A DNA stretch of 33,398 bases from Bryobacterales bacterium (GCA_016880505.1 JAEHDI010000533.1:1-33398), one strand, 5' to 3'. Counted from the first letter of the stretch, positions 1 to 8,632 are shown. Notes: generated from the letters alone by a model not told the origin. Translations and numbers: made by a program.

Positions 1-284
1 AACAGAATCCTTTCACGGAGAACGATCTGAACGGAGCGCGCCCGGGTCAGGAGGGTGGTTTTCACGTTACGGTTTCGGCCGGAGCGACGACATGGAACGC
101 ACTCCCGGCGAACAGAAGGCCAAGTGCACGGATCATAGCTTCATGTTTGCCTGATTCAATCCAGGATATCCACCTGCGTTTCAGCAGAATCCAATCGAGA
201 ATTTGAGAGCAAGAACCGGAGTGCGCAGGACGAGAATCGCTGTTAGATTCGTGTTCATAGAGGGAAGCGTCGAAAGGAACGCAT

Positions 285-1364
285 ATGAGAAAGCCAGCGA
301 AAAACACTCAGCTCGCAGCCGCAACGGAAAAGGATCGACGCTGGGCATCCGTTGTTGCTCGCGATCCCAAGGCGGACGGCACATTCTACTACTCGGTGGA
401 GACCACCGGCGTGTACTGCCGTCCCTCGTGCGCCGCGCGCCGGGCACGGCCGGAGAATGTTCGTTTCCATGAGACTTGCGAGGACGCCGAGAAAGCTGGG
501 TTCCGCCCTTGCAAACGCTGCAAACCGAATCAGCCCTCGCTGATCGAGCGGCACGCCGCGACAGTGGCTGAGGCGTGCAGGCTCATGGAAACGTCGGAAG
601 AGGTGCCTAGTCTCGAACAACTGGCAGATCACGCGGGATTGAGTACCTACCATTTCCACCGTGTGTTCAAGGCAATCACCGGACTGACGCCAAAAGAATA
701 CGCAGCGGCGCACCGCGCGAAGCGCCTACGAAACAGGCTCGGCAAGAGCGGCACAGTGACGGAAGCTATCTACGACGCCGGGTACAACTCGAACGGGAGA
801 TTCTACGCAACATCGAATGAGGTCTTGGGCATGACACCTTCGGACTATCGCGCCGGTGGCACTCGTACGGACATACGTTTCGCCGTCGGCGAATGCTCTT
901 TGGGGTCGATCCTCGTCGCCAAGAGCGAGCGCGGGATCTGCGCCATTTTTCTGGGCGACGATCCAGACGCGCTGACACGCGACTTACAGAAGCAGTTCCC
1001 ACAGGCCAATCTGATTGGTGGCGACGTCGCCTTTGAACAGCTCGTATCGAGAGTGGTGGGCTTTGTCGAAGCGCCCGCATTGGGGCTGGACTTGCCTCTC
1101 GATGTCCGGGGGACGGCCTTCCAACAGCGCGTCTGGCAGGCGCTCCGGAGAATTCCCGCCGGCTCCACGGTGAGCTACGCCGACATCGCCAGACGCATTG
1201 GTTCGCCGAAATCGGTTCGCTCGGTCGCCCAGGCCTGCGGCGCAAACGCCTTGGCGGTTGCGATTCCTTGTCACCGTGTGGTGCGCAACGATGGTGCGTT
1301 GTCGGGTTATCGCTGGGGCGTCGAGCGCAAGAAAACGCTTCTCGAACGGGAATCACGGGCATAA
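285..1364 (+). CDS. ada: Bifunctional Ada-type transcriptional regulator / methylated-DNA-protein-cysteine methyltransferase
   Basis: 359-aa ORF. The N-terminus has the Ada zinc-domain Cys pattern ([10 protein letters not shown] ... CKRCKP, i.e. C-x3-C ... C-x2-C). The middle has an AraC-type HTH ([27 protein letters not shown]). The C-terminus has the PCHRVV active-site motif of O6-alkylguanine transferases. AAAGGA lies a few nt upstream of the ATG. Confidence 0.9.
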   Translation: MRKPAKNTQLAAATEKDRRWASVVARDPKADGTFYYSVETTGVYCRPSCAARRARPENVRFHETCEDAEKAGFRPCKRCKPNQPSLIERHAATVAEACRLMETSEEVPSLEQLADHAGLSTYHFHRVFKAITGLTPKEYAAAHRAKRLRNRLGKSGTVTEAIYDAGYNSNGRFYATSNEVLGMTPSDYRAGGTRTDIRFAVGECSLGSILVAKSERGICAIFLGDDPDALTRDLQKQFPQANLIGGDVAFEQLVSRVVGFVEAPALGLDLPLDVRGTAFQQRVWQALRRIPAGSTVSYADIARRIGSPKSVRSVAQACGANALAVAIPCHRVVRNDGALSGYRWGVERKKTLLERESRA

Positions 1365-1444
1365 GCACAGCGACCGGGCCTCTTGCACGAATCGTGCCTC
1401 CGCCGCCTTCGACGTGTGCGAACATTGCCTGTGGAAGGCTCCAT

Positions 1445-2806
1445 ATGAACGAACTCACTCGAAGGGATTTCGCTCGAAGCGCCGGGCTCGCCTCGGCGCT
1501 CAGCTACTCTCGCATTCTCGGCGCCAATGATCGTGTGCGCTTGGGCTATATCGGTCTCGGCAACCGTGGTGATCAGGTCCATGAGGCGTTTCTCGAGCAC
1601 GGGGACTGCCAGACAGTGGCGGTGTGTGATCTCCGCGATGACTACATGGATCTGGCGGTGAAAAAGTCGCGGGCGACTCCGAGAAAGTATAAGGAATACA
1701 AGAAGGTTCTCGAGGACAGGGATGTAGATGCGGTGGTCATCGCCACGCCGGACCACTGGCACGCGCTGATGTTCATCGATGCCTGCAACTCGGGCAAGGA
1801 CGTCTACGTCGAGAAACCATTGAGCCTGACCGTCCACGAGGGGCGAAAAATGGTGGAGACCGCGGAACGCACCAAACGGGTCGTGCAGGTCGGCACTGAC
1901 CGGCGGTCCTGGAAGACGTACAAGGAGGCTGTGGACTTCGTGCGGTCGGGCGGCATCGGCCACGTGTCGGTGGCTCGTTGCTTCCATATCCGCAACGAAT
2001 GGCCGAACGGCCTGGGGCCCGCGCCTGACGGCCCTCCGCCCAGCGAATGGGAGTGGGATCAATGGCTGGGCCCGGCGCCGAAGGTGCCGTACAACCGAAA
2101 CCGCGCCTACTACAATTTCCGCTGGTTCTATGACTATTCCGGCGGCCAGCTTACGAACTTCGGCGTTCACTACGTGGATGTGATTCGATGGCTGCTTGGG
2201 CAGGACTCGCCACGCGCAGTCACCGCTCTCGGCGGGCAGTACGCCGGCATCCGGGACAATCGGGAGATCCCCGACACGCTGGAAGTTCTGTGGAATTTCG
2301 ACGGTCCCACGCTAGTGGTTTTCTCTCAATTCAACGCCAATGCTGCGCCAGGCAATGTGAAAGACTCCGAGATCGAGCTTCGCGGCACGAAAGGCACGAT
2401 GTACATTCGGGCTATGAGCTGGGAAGTTGTGCCGGAGAGGACCACCGAGGAATACATCGGATACGATCAGGGCAAAGGATACGGCAATCCGGTGGACCGT
2501 ACCGCCTCCCGCCGATATTCCGCTTCCCTGAAACCGGCGATGGAGCCGATACCGCTGCGGGGTTCAGCCGGCTACGATACGATTCCCCACGCGAGAAACT
2601 TTCTTGACTGCATCAAGAGCAGGAGCAAGTGCAACGCGGATATCCTGACGGGGCATCTCTCGACGTCTGCCACTCTGATCGGCAACATCGCTCTCAAAAC
2701 CGAAAGCCATCTCAAGTGGGACGCCAGGGCCGAGCGATTCACCAACAAACCGGAAGCCAACAGGTTCCTGCAATACCAGTACCGGGCGCCTTACAAGTTG
2801 ATCTGA
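1445..2806 (+). CDS. Gfo/Idh/MocA family oxidoreductase with twin-arginine (Tat) signal peptide
   Basis: The in-frame ATG at 1445 gives [26 protein letters not shown] (T-R-R-x-F Tat motif). It is followed by the Rossmann motif GYIGLGNRG and by EKP, both typical of Gfo/Idh/MocA. GGAAGG SD lies 6 nt upstream. The track ORF start at 1268 adds 59 non-protein-like residues overlapping the ada 3' end. Confidence 0.85.
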   Translation: MNELTRRDFARSAGLASALSYSRILGANDRVRLGYIGLGNRGDQVHEAFLEHGDCQTVAVCDLRDDYMDLAVKKSRATPRKYKEYKKVLEDRDVDAVVIATPDHWHALMFIDACNSGKDVYVEKPLSLTVHEGRKMVETAERTKRVVQVGTDRRSWKTYKEAVDFVRSGGIGHVSVARCFHIRNEWPNGLGPAPDGPPPSEWEWDQWLGPAPKVPYNRNRAYYNFRWFYDYSGGQLTNFGVHYVDVIRWLLGQDSPRAVTALGGQYAGIRDNREIPDTLEVLWNFDGPTLVVFSQFNANAAPGNVKDSEIELRGTKGTMYIRAMSWEVVPERTTEEYIGYDQGKGYGNPVDRTASRRYSASLKPAMEPIPLRGSAGYDTIPHARNFLDCIKSRSKCNADILTGHLSTSATLIGNIALKTESHLKWDARAERFTNKPEANRFLQYQYRAPYKLI

Positions 2807-2849
2807 GATGTGAGACGCGGACCTTGGAGCGCCTGTCGTTTCTGGCGCC

Positions 2850-4193
2850 TCAGCCCAGGGCACAGTCCACGCAGAGGCTCTCCAACGGGCGTCCGATGGC
2901 TTCGGAGAGTTCCTGAATCGTGTTGTACTTGAGGCCGTCGACGCCCAAGTACTTCACTCTGTCGGCGATCGCCAGAACCCGATCTGCAAGGAGTTCACCC
3001 TTTCTCGTCGTCTTGCCCCACGGGCAATAGGAGCGTAGCTCCGGGTTAGAGATGCGGAAGTGGATTTCACGCACGCCAGTCTGTCTCAGCTTTGGCACCA
3101 GGTCGGTTTGCGCTTGTGTTCCGCGCACGATCGAGTCGTCACAGACGGCGACGACCTTGCCGCTGCAGTCCTCTCCGCTTGCCAGCAGCTTCACACGCGC
3201 CTCGCGGTCCCTCTGCTTCTGGTCCTGCGGGATGAAACTCCTGCCGGCATAGGGGTATTTCACCAGCAGTTCGTCGTAGACGGGTACGTTCCGGACCTTT
3301 CCGGCCATCATCTGCCGGCAGAATTCCTGCTGATAACCGATCGCATGAAACCTTCCCGAGTCCGGCACGGGGATGACGACATCCGGGATGAATCCATTCT
3401 CGATGTCACGGCGCGCCAAAGCCGCTCCAAGACGCTTCCGGACCAGCGAGTCGGGGACACCCTCAAACACGTTGGTGGGGAACCCGGTGTAGACCCAGTA
3501 GAAGCTGCAAACCTGGACTTTTCCGCCGGAGATCCTACCCTTCGTTTCCCATCCACCATTTTTCAGCAGCACGATCTCGCCGGGCTCGAGATCCCGCACT
3601 CGCCGGAAGCCGAGGTTGGCAAAACCGCCGCATTCGGACGCAACCACGACGGCTCCCTGTTTCTCTCCGATGACCAGCGGCCACCGGCCGGTTGCGCACC
3701 GGACCGCATAGATGCCTTCTTCGGTAAGAATGAGCAGGGAGAAAGCGCCGTCGAGCTCCTTGTCCAGCTTTTGAATGCCGTCCACAAGATTGGAGCCTTG
3801 GGCGATGAGCTTGGTGACGATCTCGATGTCGTCGCCCCGCGTGAAGACGTGGCCAAGGTCCTTAAACCGTTCCATGAGCTCCGCGAGATTCCTCACGTTC
3901 CCGGAGTGGCAGGCGGACAACCGGCCAAGCCCCGATTCGGAAAAGTACGGTTCGCGGACGGAGCCACAGTAGCCGATGCCCTCGGTCCCTGAGAGCCCTT
4001 CCAGGTCGCGGCCGAACGTCGCCCGGAATAGCCCGCGATGGGTTCGAATGCGGAACTGTCCATCGGAAAATGTTGACAAGCCGCCGTAGGCTTCACCGAG
4101 GTGTTGATGGTAGAACGTGCCGATGAAGAGGTCTTCGAGGAAGTCAGATTTGTACTGCTGTGAATTGACGCTGAGCGCAAATAGTCCTGGCAT
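2850..4193 (-). CDS. Amidophosphoribosyltransferase (PurF)-like paralog: degenerate class-II (Ntn) glutaminase domain plus intact type-I PRTase domain
   Basis: 447 aa from the ATG at 4193 (MPGLFALSV...). It resembles PurF along its length: VVIPVPDSG, the PRPP motif VAVCDDSIVRGTQ, and Cys residues where B. subtilis-type PurF has its 4Fe-4S ligands (VCSFYWVY, SYCPWG, C-terminal CVDC). The N-terminus is M-P-G-L-F where PurF has M-C-G-I-V/F. The remaining upstream 326 codons of the 773-aa track ORF run antisense to the neighbouring gene and look non-coding. Confidence 0.75.
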   Translation of the reverse strand: MPGLFALSVNSQQYKSDFLEDLFIGTFYHQHLGEAYGGLSTFSDGQFRIRTHRGLFRATFGRDLEGLSGTEGIGYCGSVREPYFSESGLGRLSACHSGNVRNLAELMERFKDLGHVFTRGDDIEIVTKLIAQGSNLVDGIQKLDKELDGAFSLLILTEEGIYAVRCATGRWPLVIGEKQGAVVVASECGGFANLGFRRVRDLEPGEIVLLKNGGWETKGRISGGKVQVCSFYWVYTGFPTNVFEGVPDSLVRKRLGAALARRDIENGFIPDVVIPVPDSGRFHAIGYQQEFCRQMMAGKVRNVPVYDELLVKYPYAGRSFIPQDQKQRDREARVKLLASGEDCSGKVVAVCDDSIVRGTQAQTDLVPKLRQTGVREIHFRISNPELRSYCPWGKTTRKGELLADRVLAIADRVKYLGVDGLKYNTIQELSEAIGRPLESLCVDCALG

Positions 4194-4376
4194 TGCGGAT
4201 CTCCGATCAATGTTTGGTACGCAGGCAGGCGGAACCACCTGGCGGATCGAAACAGGCAGCATACCGCGGTGGCGGGTCCCGCCGCCAGCCCGACGTCGGC
4301 GAACACGCGACGGGTGTATACTTGCACCGACCCACGGTCCCGATGGGATCGTAGGCTGCAATCCAGGAGAGCGCTG

Positions 4377-5342
4377 ATGAAGATCGCGGAAATTACTGCC
4401 GCCAAACTGAACACTAAAGAATTCATTCAAACCCAAATGAAAGAGATTGCCGAAGCCGTGGGCGACCGCTCGGCGATCACAGCCCTTTCGGGAGGAGTCG
4501 ACTCGTCCGTCGTCACCGTCCTGGGCCACAAGGCGCTTGGCAAGAAGCTCAGGACGTACTTCATCGACAACGGTCTGATGAGGCAGGGCGAACCGGCGTC
4601 CATCGCCCGGGTCTTTCGCAAGCTGGGTATCCGTGTCGAGGTTGTGGACGCGAAGGACATGTTTCTCGACGCCCTGAATGGGCTTCGCGACCCTGAAGAG
4701 AAACGGGAGGCCATCACCCAGACGTTTTACAAGGGAATCTTTGGCCAGCTTGTAAGGCAGAGTGGCGCCCGGTTTCTGCTTCAGGGGACGATTCTGACGG
4801 ACATCGAAGAGACCGTTGCCGGCGTCAAGCGGCAGCACAACGTCCTCGAGCACCTCGGCATCGATCCGCAGGAAGCGTTCGGCTATGAGGTCATCGAGCC
4901 GCTCGTGCAACTGCGCAAGGACGGCGTCAGAAAGCTTGGCAAGGCGCTTGGGCTTCCGGCAGAGATGTACCAGCGGATGCCCTTTCCGGGGCCGGCCCTG
5001 GCCGCGAGGGTCGTTGGCGAGGCTACGCCGGAGAAACTTGAGCTTGTCCGAAAGGCGACCGCGATCGTTGAAGGGGAACTGAAAGACGTTAAGAAGTTCC
5101 AGTGCATGGCGATCCTTCACGAGGACATGTTTCCCGGCATGAAGGCAGGCAAGAGAGAGTACGGCATGCAAATTGAGATCCGCTGCTGGACGAGCGTCGA
5201 CGCCAGGGCGGCTAGTCCGGTCTGGCTGCCTTCCAAGGTGCTGGAGAGGATGGCAGCCAGAATCACAAAGGGAATCCCCGGGGTGGTAAGCGTCACCTAC
5301 AACATCGCCCCGAAACCGCCGTCCACCATGGAAGCGGTTTGA
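4377..5342 (+). CDS. GMP synthase-like ATP pyrophosphatase (PP-loop) subunit, stand-alone (GuaA C-terminal half / archaeal GuaAB-like)
   Basis: 321 aa from the ATG at 4377, with AGGAGA SD 7 nt upstream. Motifs seen: PP-loop SGGVDSSV, FIDNGLMRQGE, DPEEKRE, LLQGTILTDIEE, RMPFPGPALAARV, and the C-terminal dimerisation-domain ending KPPSTMEAV (compare KPPxTIEWE in GuaA). No class-I glutaminase domain is fused or adjacent. Confidence 0.8.
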   Translation: MKIAEITAAKLNTKEFIQTQMKEIAEAVGDRSAITALSGGVDSSVVTVLGHKALGKKLRTYFIDNGLMRQGEPASIARVFRKLGIRVEVVDAKDMFLDALNGLRDPEEKREAITQTFYKGIFGQLVRQSGARFLLQGTILTDIEETVAGVKRQHNVLEHLGIDPQEAFGYEVIEPLVQLRKDGVRKLGKALGLPAEMYQRMPFPGPALAARVVGEATPEKLELVRKATAIVEGELKDVKKFQCMAILHEDMFPGMKAGKREYGMQIEIRCWTSVDARAASPVWLPSKVLERMAARITKGIPGVVSVTYNIAPKPPSTMEAV

Positions 5343-5412
5343 CGCCGCTGGGCGCCGGCAGCAGGGTGGCTGGCATGAACCGGTGCCCGGGGCTTCTACT
5401 GTCTATCCGCCT

Positions 5413-6087
5413 TCAACCTTTGCGGCTTGAGTACTTGTTGAACGCCGAAATCAGCTTCTCGGCGGCCTTGGGCGGTGCCATCTGCTGGGTGATGATCTCT
5501 TTGTTTTCGAGCTTGCGTCCGTAAAGGGCTTGGTTGTCATCAAGGTCCTGGCGCAGCGTGGCTCCCTGTAGTGAAATCCCAGCGAACACACCGCGAGAAC
5601 GCGACCACGACAGAATTTCAGCGGTCATGTAGGCGTCGGTTTGTGCGGTTGCTGTTCTCCCGACCGGTCCAGCGGCTACCGACGCATCGCCGCCGAGAGT
5701 GAACTTGCTCTCAAGGAGCCGCTTCGCGCCGCGCTCATTCATCACGAGCATGATCACATCAGTCTCGGAGCCCCCGATCTGTAACCCGAAGCTCCCACCT
5801 TCGATCCGGACGGCCGCCGGCCCTGTCCAGCCGACTCCGCCTTTCTTGCGGCATGAGAAGAATCCCTTGCCGTACTTGGCGCCGAAAATAAAGGCGCCCT
5901 TCTTCAAACCGGGCACTACGGCGATGCACTCGGCCTTGTCCAGCAGCTCTTGCGGTACCGCCTTGTCCGGTGTCGCCATCACCTCCGAGAAAACCGTGGC
6001 GGCGGCATCAAGACGCTTTACGTGGTCTGGTTGCGCCGAAAGCAGGCCCGTGCCGAGTGACAGGGCGGCAAGAATTCTGAGTTTCAT
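5413..6087 (-). CDS. Secreted SYLF (DUF500 / Ysc84-like lipid-binding) domain protein
   Basis: 224 aa. Signal peptide MKLRILAALSLGTGLLSAQ. SYLF-like core (GSFGLQIGGSETDVIMLVMN ... LGGDASVAAGPVGR ... SWSRSRGVFAGISLQG). Confidence 0.8.
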   Translation of the reverse strand: MKLRILAALSLGTGLLSAQPDHVKRLDAAATVFSEVMATPDKAVPQELLDKAECIAVVPGLKKGAFIFGAKYGKGFFSCRKKGGVGWTGPAAVRIEGGSFGLQIGGSETDVIMLVMNERGAKRLLESKFTLGGDASVAAGPVGRTATAQTDAYMTAEILSWSRSRGVFAGISLQGATLRQDLDDNQALYGRKLENKEIITQQMAPPKAAEKLISAFNKYSSRKG

Positions 6088-8577
6088 TTATCTCCTCCCC
6101 AAGAACCTCAGCCGTACGCTGAAGGCTCGGTGCTGGCCCCTCCCATAGTTCAGGAAGAAGGGCGAGTCTATATTGTTGTTTACCACGTTTGGATTCCCGT
6201 GGTTGGTCAGATTGTTGAAGCCAAAGCGCCACGCCCACAAGTAGTTCAGGAACTGGAACCGTCGTTCCAGATGCAGGTTGATGTTGAAGTAGTAGGGAAG
6301 CCGGCGCTCGTTCGGTTTTCCTACGGAAAAACCCTCCTCGTTGACGACACTAAATGGGAAACCGCTCCTGGCTTCGGCGAGATACGACGCGTTGGTGTCC
6401 TTCAGCAGCCAGTTCAGGACGGGGGGTAGGATCGCGCGAGGGAGAGGCGCCCACCCCCACATCATGAATCTGTGCGGCGTATCCCACTCAACCGGCCCGG
6501 GAGCCTGCGGAGCAAAGATCGGATTCTCGAGGCTGTACTCGACAACCGCATTGGACCTCGCTCTGGAGTACGTGTATCCGGACACCCATTCGAATTTGCC
6601 GCCGAAGGTGCGGCGCACGGAGAAATCCAGTGCGTTGTAGCGGTCGCTGCGTTGGTTGCGCAGCGTGTAGAACACCGTTTCGGGGTTGACGTTCATCCTC
6701 GGCTCAACGAACGTGAATCCGTCGATTCCCGAACGTCTGAGATACCCCGCCTTTCCATAGAACTGGAATGGAAGCTTGCGCTCGATGCTCACGCTGAAAA
6801 TCCGCGCCCGCGGAACTTTCAATGACTGTTCGTCCACCAAGAAACTCGTTTCAATGGGCCCCCGCATCAATTCACCGGATCGGGAAAAAAAACGGGCCAC
6901 GCTGGTCTGGTCCTGATGTCGTGTCAGCGTGGCGAGGCTTAGTGAGTCGCTGAACACGCCAAATCCGGCAGCGAGTTTCGTTTCCCTCAACCATCCCGGA
7001 GACCAGGCGACAGCCAGTCGCGGGGAGAAGAGCATGTCGCGCACGATCTGGTCCCAATCGGTCCGCAGGCCTGCCTCGACCAAGAGTCCTTCCCGCGGAG
7101 TCCAGCGGTCCTGGATATAAAGCGTGGATTCGAAGTTCTTCTTGGACAACAGTCCGTCGCCCGTGAAGGAGACCTCCCGGGCGATGGAACCGTCCGTACG
7201 CAACACGACATAGTCGTGCCGTCCGGCTTTCTGGTCAAAGCCGCTGCGCTGCAAGTCGGCTCCCACCTTGAGTTGGTGCTGGCCGGCGGCTTTCCACGGC
7301 GGTAGGAAGGCGTTGGCGATCCACTGCTCGCGGCGTGTGTCCCGGTCCAGGTCGACGAAGTAGTTACCGCGGCGGCCGGATGGGGAAATTTCATACGTCT
7401 GGGAACCTAAGGGGGTCTCCCGTGTCGAGCCGCGGCTCAGAGCGAAGCCGAATTCGACGAGCGCGCCACGTTGGAAATAGATCTGTTCCTTGACCGTTGC
7501 CATGTGGAGAGTCCGCCGGCGATGGATGGTCGTCTCCTGCGGGTCGAGAAACGACAGGCCGTGATGGTCGTCGTCTCCGTAGTTCACCAGGAAGCTACCC
7601 GTCAGAATGTTGGCCGGTGTGAGGTTCACCTGAAAACGGCTCAGGTTGCTCGTCGTGAAACTTCGGGTCTGGTCTTTGCCCGGCGGCAGTTCCTTGACGA
7701 TGTCGAGATCATAGAACGCATCAAAACCGTTCTGAAACCAGGCCCTGCCACGCGCGATCGGCCCGGAAACGGTAAGGCGTGGCGTCCATTTGTTGAGGAG
7801 CAGCCCGCGTTCCGTCGACACGCCCGGGATAAAATTCGTCGCCCCAAATCGCCACCGGTCGTCCCCCATTCCCGTTTTGATGTCGAGAGAGCCGGCGCTC
7901 CCCCGGCCCTTGTCGGCCGCAAACCGTGCGCTTTCCAGATCCAGACTGCGCACCGCATCGATGCTGAGGCGAGCCTCGAACAGTCCGGTCACGGGGTCGG
8001 AGATATTGAAGCCATCCAGGTTGAAGTTCGTCTGTTCGCTTGCACCTCCGTTGAAGTGAAGCTGCCCGCTATTGTCCTGCACCACACCGGAGAAGAGCGG
8101 GAGCGCGCTCCGGACATCCTGGGAGGCGGGATAAGGCACCTCTAGGATCTCCACACTGTTGAGTTGCTTCTGTTCCGTCGTGTCGGCAGGGTCGATCACT
8201 GGCGCGGAGTAGACGACGTCAACCGTCTCGACGAACTCCCTCAGGTGGTTAAGCGTAACGGTGACTTCGTTGACACCTTCGTTGAGAGTCATGGAGGCCC
8301 GCTCGACGACGAAAAAACCGGGCCGTTCGGCATGAAGGGCGTACTGGCCCGGTACCGGCAACCCGATCTCAAACCGTCCCTGACTGTCTGAGACGATGGA
8401 CGGCGCCTGGACGAGACCGGGCTGCCGGAATTCCACTCGTGCTCCGGGCACGACCGCTCCGTTTTCGTCGACCACCCTGCCGTTCACCCTCACTTGAGCC
8501 TGGAGAGCGGTCGTCAAGACGGTCAGCAGGAGCGCCGCCCGCAGACAGCCGCCTCTCCGGGCAGGAGCAGCCCGCAT
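6088..8577 (-). CDS. TonB-dependent receptor-like outer-membrane protein with N-terminal carboxypeptidase-regulatory-like domain
   Basis: 829 aa from the ATG at 8577 (MRAAPARRGGCLRAALLLTVLTTALQAQ signal). It has a CarboxypepD_reg-like beta-sandwich (VNGRVVDENGAVVPGARVEF...GRFEI), then plug-like and long beta-rich barrel-like sequence. Its stop codon (6088-6090) directly abuts the start codon of the SYLF gene (6085-6087). The start choice is uncertain, because the track ORF extends to 8673. Confidence 0.75.
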   Translation of the reverse strand: MRAAPARRGGCLRAALLLTVLTTALQAQVRVNGRVVDENGAVVPGARVEFRQPGLVQAPSIVSDSQGRFEIGLPVPGQYALHAERPGFFVVERASMTLNEGVNEVTVTLNHLREFVETVDVVYSAPVIDPADTTEQKQLNSVEILEVPYPASQDVRSALPLFSGVVQDNSGQLHFNGGASEQTNFNLDGFNISDPVTGLFEARLSIDAVRSLDLESARFAADKGRGSAGSLDIKTGMGDDRWRFGATNFIPGVSTERGLLLNKWTPRLTVSGPIARGRAWFQNGFDAFYDLDIVKELPPGKDQTRSFTTSNLSRFQVNLTPANILTGSFLVNYGDDDHHGLSFLDPQETTIHRRRTLHMATVKEQIYFQRGALVEFGFALSRGSTRETPLGSQTYEISPSGRRGNYFVDLDRDTRREQWIANAFLPPWKAAGQHQLKVGADLQRSGFDQKAGRHDYVVLRTDGSIAREVSFTGDGLLSKKNFESTLYIQDRWTPREGLLVEAGLRTDWDQIVRDMLFSPRLAVAWSPGWLRETKLAAGFGVFSDSLSLATLTRHQDQTSVARFFSRSGELMRGPIETSFLVDEQSLKVPRARIFSVSIERKLPFQFYGKAGYLRRSGIDGFTFVEPRMNVNPETVFYTLRNQRSDRYNALDFSVRRTFGGKFEWVSGYTYSRARSNAVVEYSLENPIFAPQAPGPVEWDTPHRFMMWGWAPLPRAILPPVLNWLLKDTNASYLAEARSGFPFSVVNEEGFSVGKPNERRLPYYFNINLHLERRFQFLNYLWAWRFGFNNLTNHGNPNVVNNNIDSPFFLNYGRGQHRAFSVRLRFLGRR

Positions 8578-8582
8578 GCTTT

Positions 8583-8623
8583 CATTGTAATGCCCGGGTC
8601 CGCTGTGCCTGATCGGTACAATG
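8583..8623. promoter_or_regulatory. 7-bp inverted repeat CATTGTA-N27-TACAATG in a 55-nt divergent intergenic region. Each arm reads TACAAT toward its flanking gene.
   Basis: Arms at 8583-8589 and 8617-8623. On the minus strand, TACAAT is followed by 6 nt and then the ATG at 8577. On the plus strand, TACAAT is followed by 10 nt and then the ATG at 8633. No convincing -35 element on either side. Confidence 0.3.
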
Positions 8624-8632
8624 TAGGTAGGT

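Noticed and set aside
1-284. Left-edge region: an open plus-strand frame 3..206, the 81-aa minus ORF 62..307, and a possible Ada box upstream of ada
   Set aside because: Neither frame has recognisable motifs, an SD or a convincing start. The 24-aa MIRALGLLFAGSAF... tail has no RBS. I found only a loose AAAGGAACGCA, not a credible Ada-box (AAAGCGCA-type) match. The region is left unannotated, although a C-terminal fragment of an upstream gene cannot be excluded.
766-2170. Minus-strand ORFs 766..1458 (230 aa) and 1307..2170 (287 aa)
   Set aside because: Both are antisense to ada and the Gfo/Idh/MocA gene. They are extremely Arg/Pro/Ser-rich, so they are shadow ORFs.
3060-3992. 310-aa plus-strand ORF
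   Set aside because: It is antisense to the PurF-like CDS, which carries the recognisable PRTase and Fe-S motifs.
4194-4376. ZTP (pfl) riboswitch upstream of the PurF-like gene
   Set aside because: Only the short fragments CUGGCGG and CCGCCUG/CCGCCAGG resemble the motif. The conserved UGGGC 3' element and the conserved 5' sub-domain sequence are missing, so I cannot support a call without a covariance-model search.
4194-5171. Upstream 326 codons of the 773-aa minus-strand ORF (2850..5171), which would make a giant PurF-like fusion protein
   Set aside because: This part runs exactly antisense to the well-supported GuaA-like CDS (4377-5342). It has an Arg/Leu/Gly/Asp-rich antisense-type composition and no recognisable motifs. 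PurF similarity begins precisely at the internal ATG at 4193. Long stop-free antisense frames are expected in GC-rich DNA.
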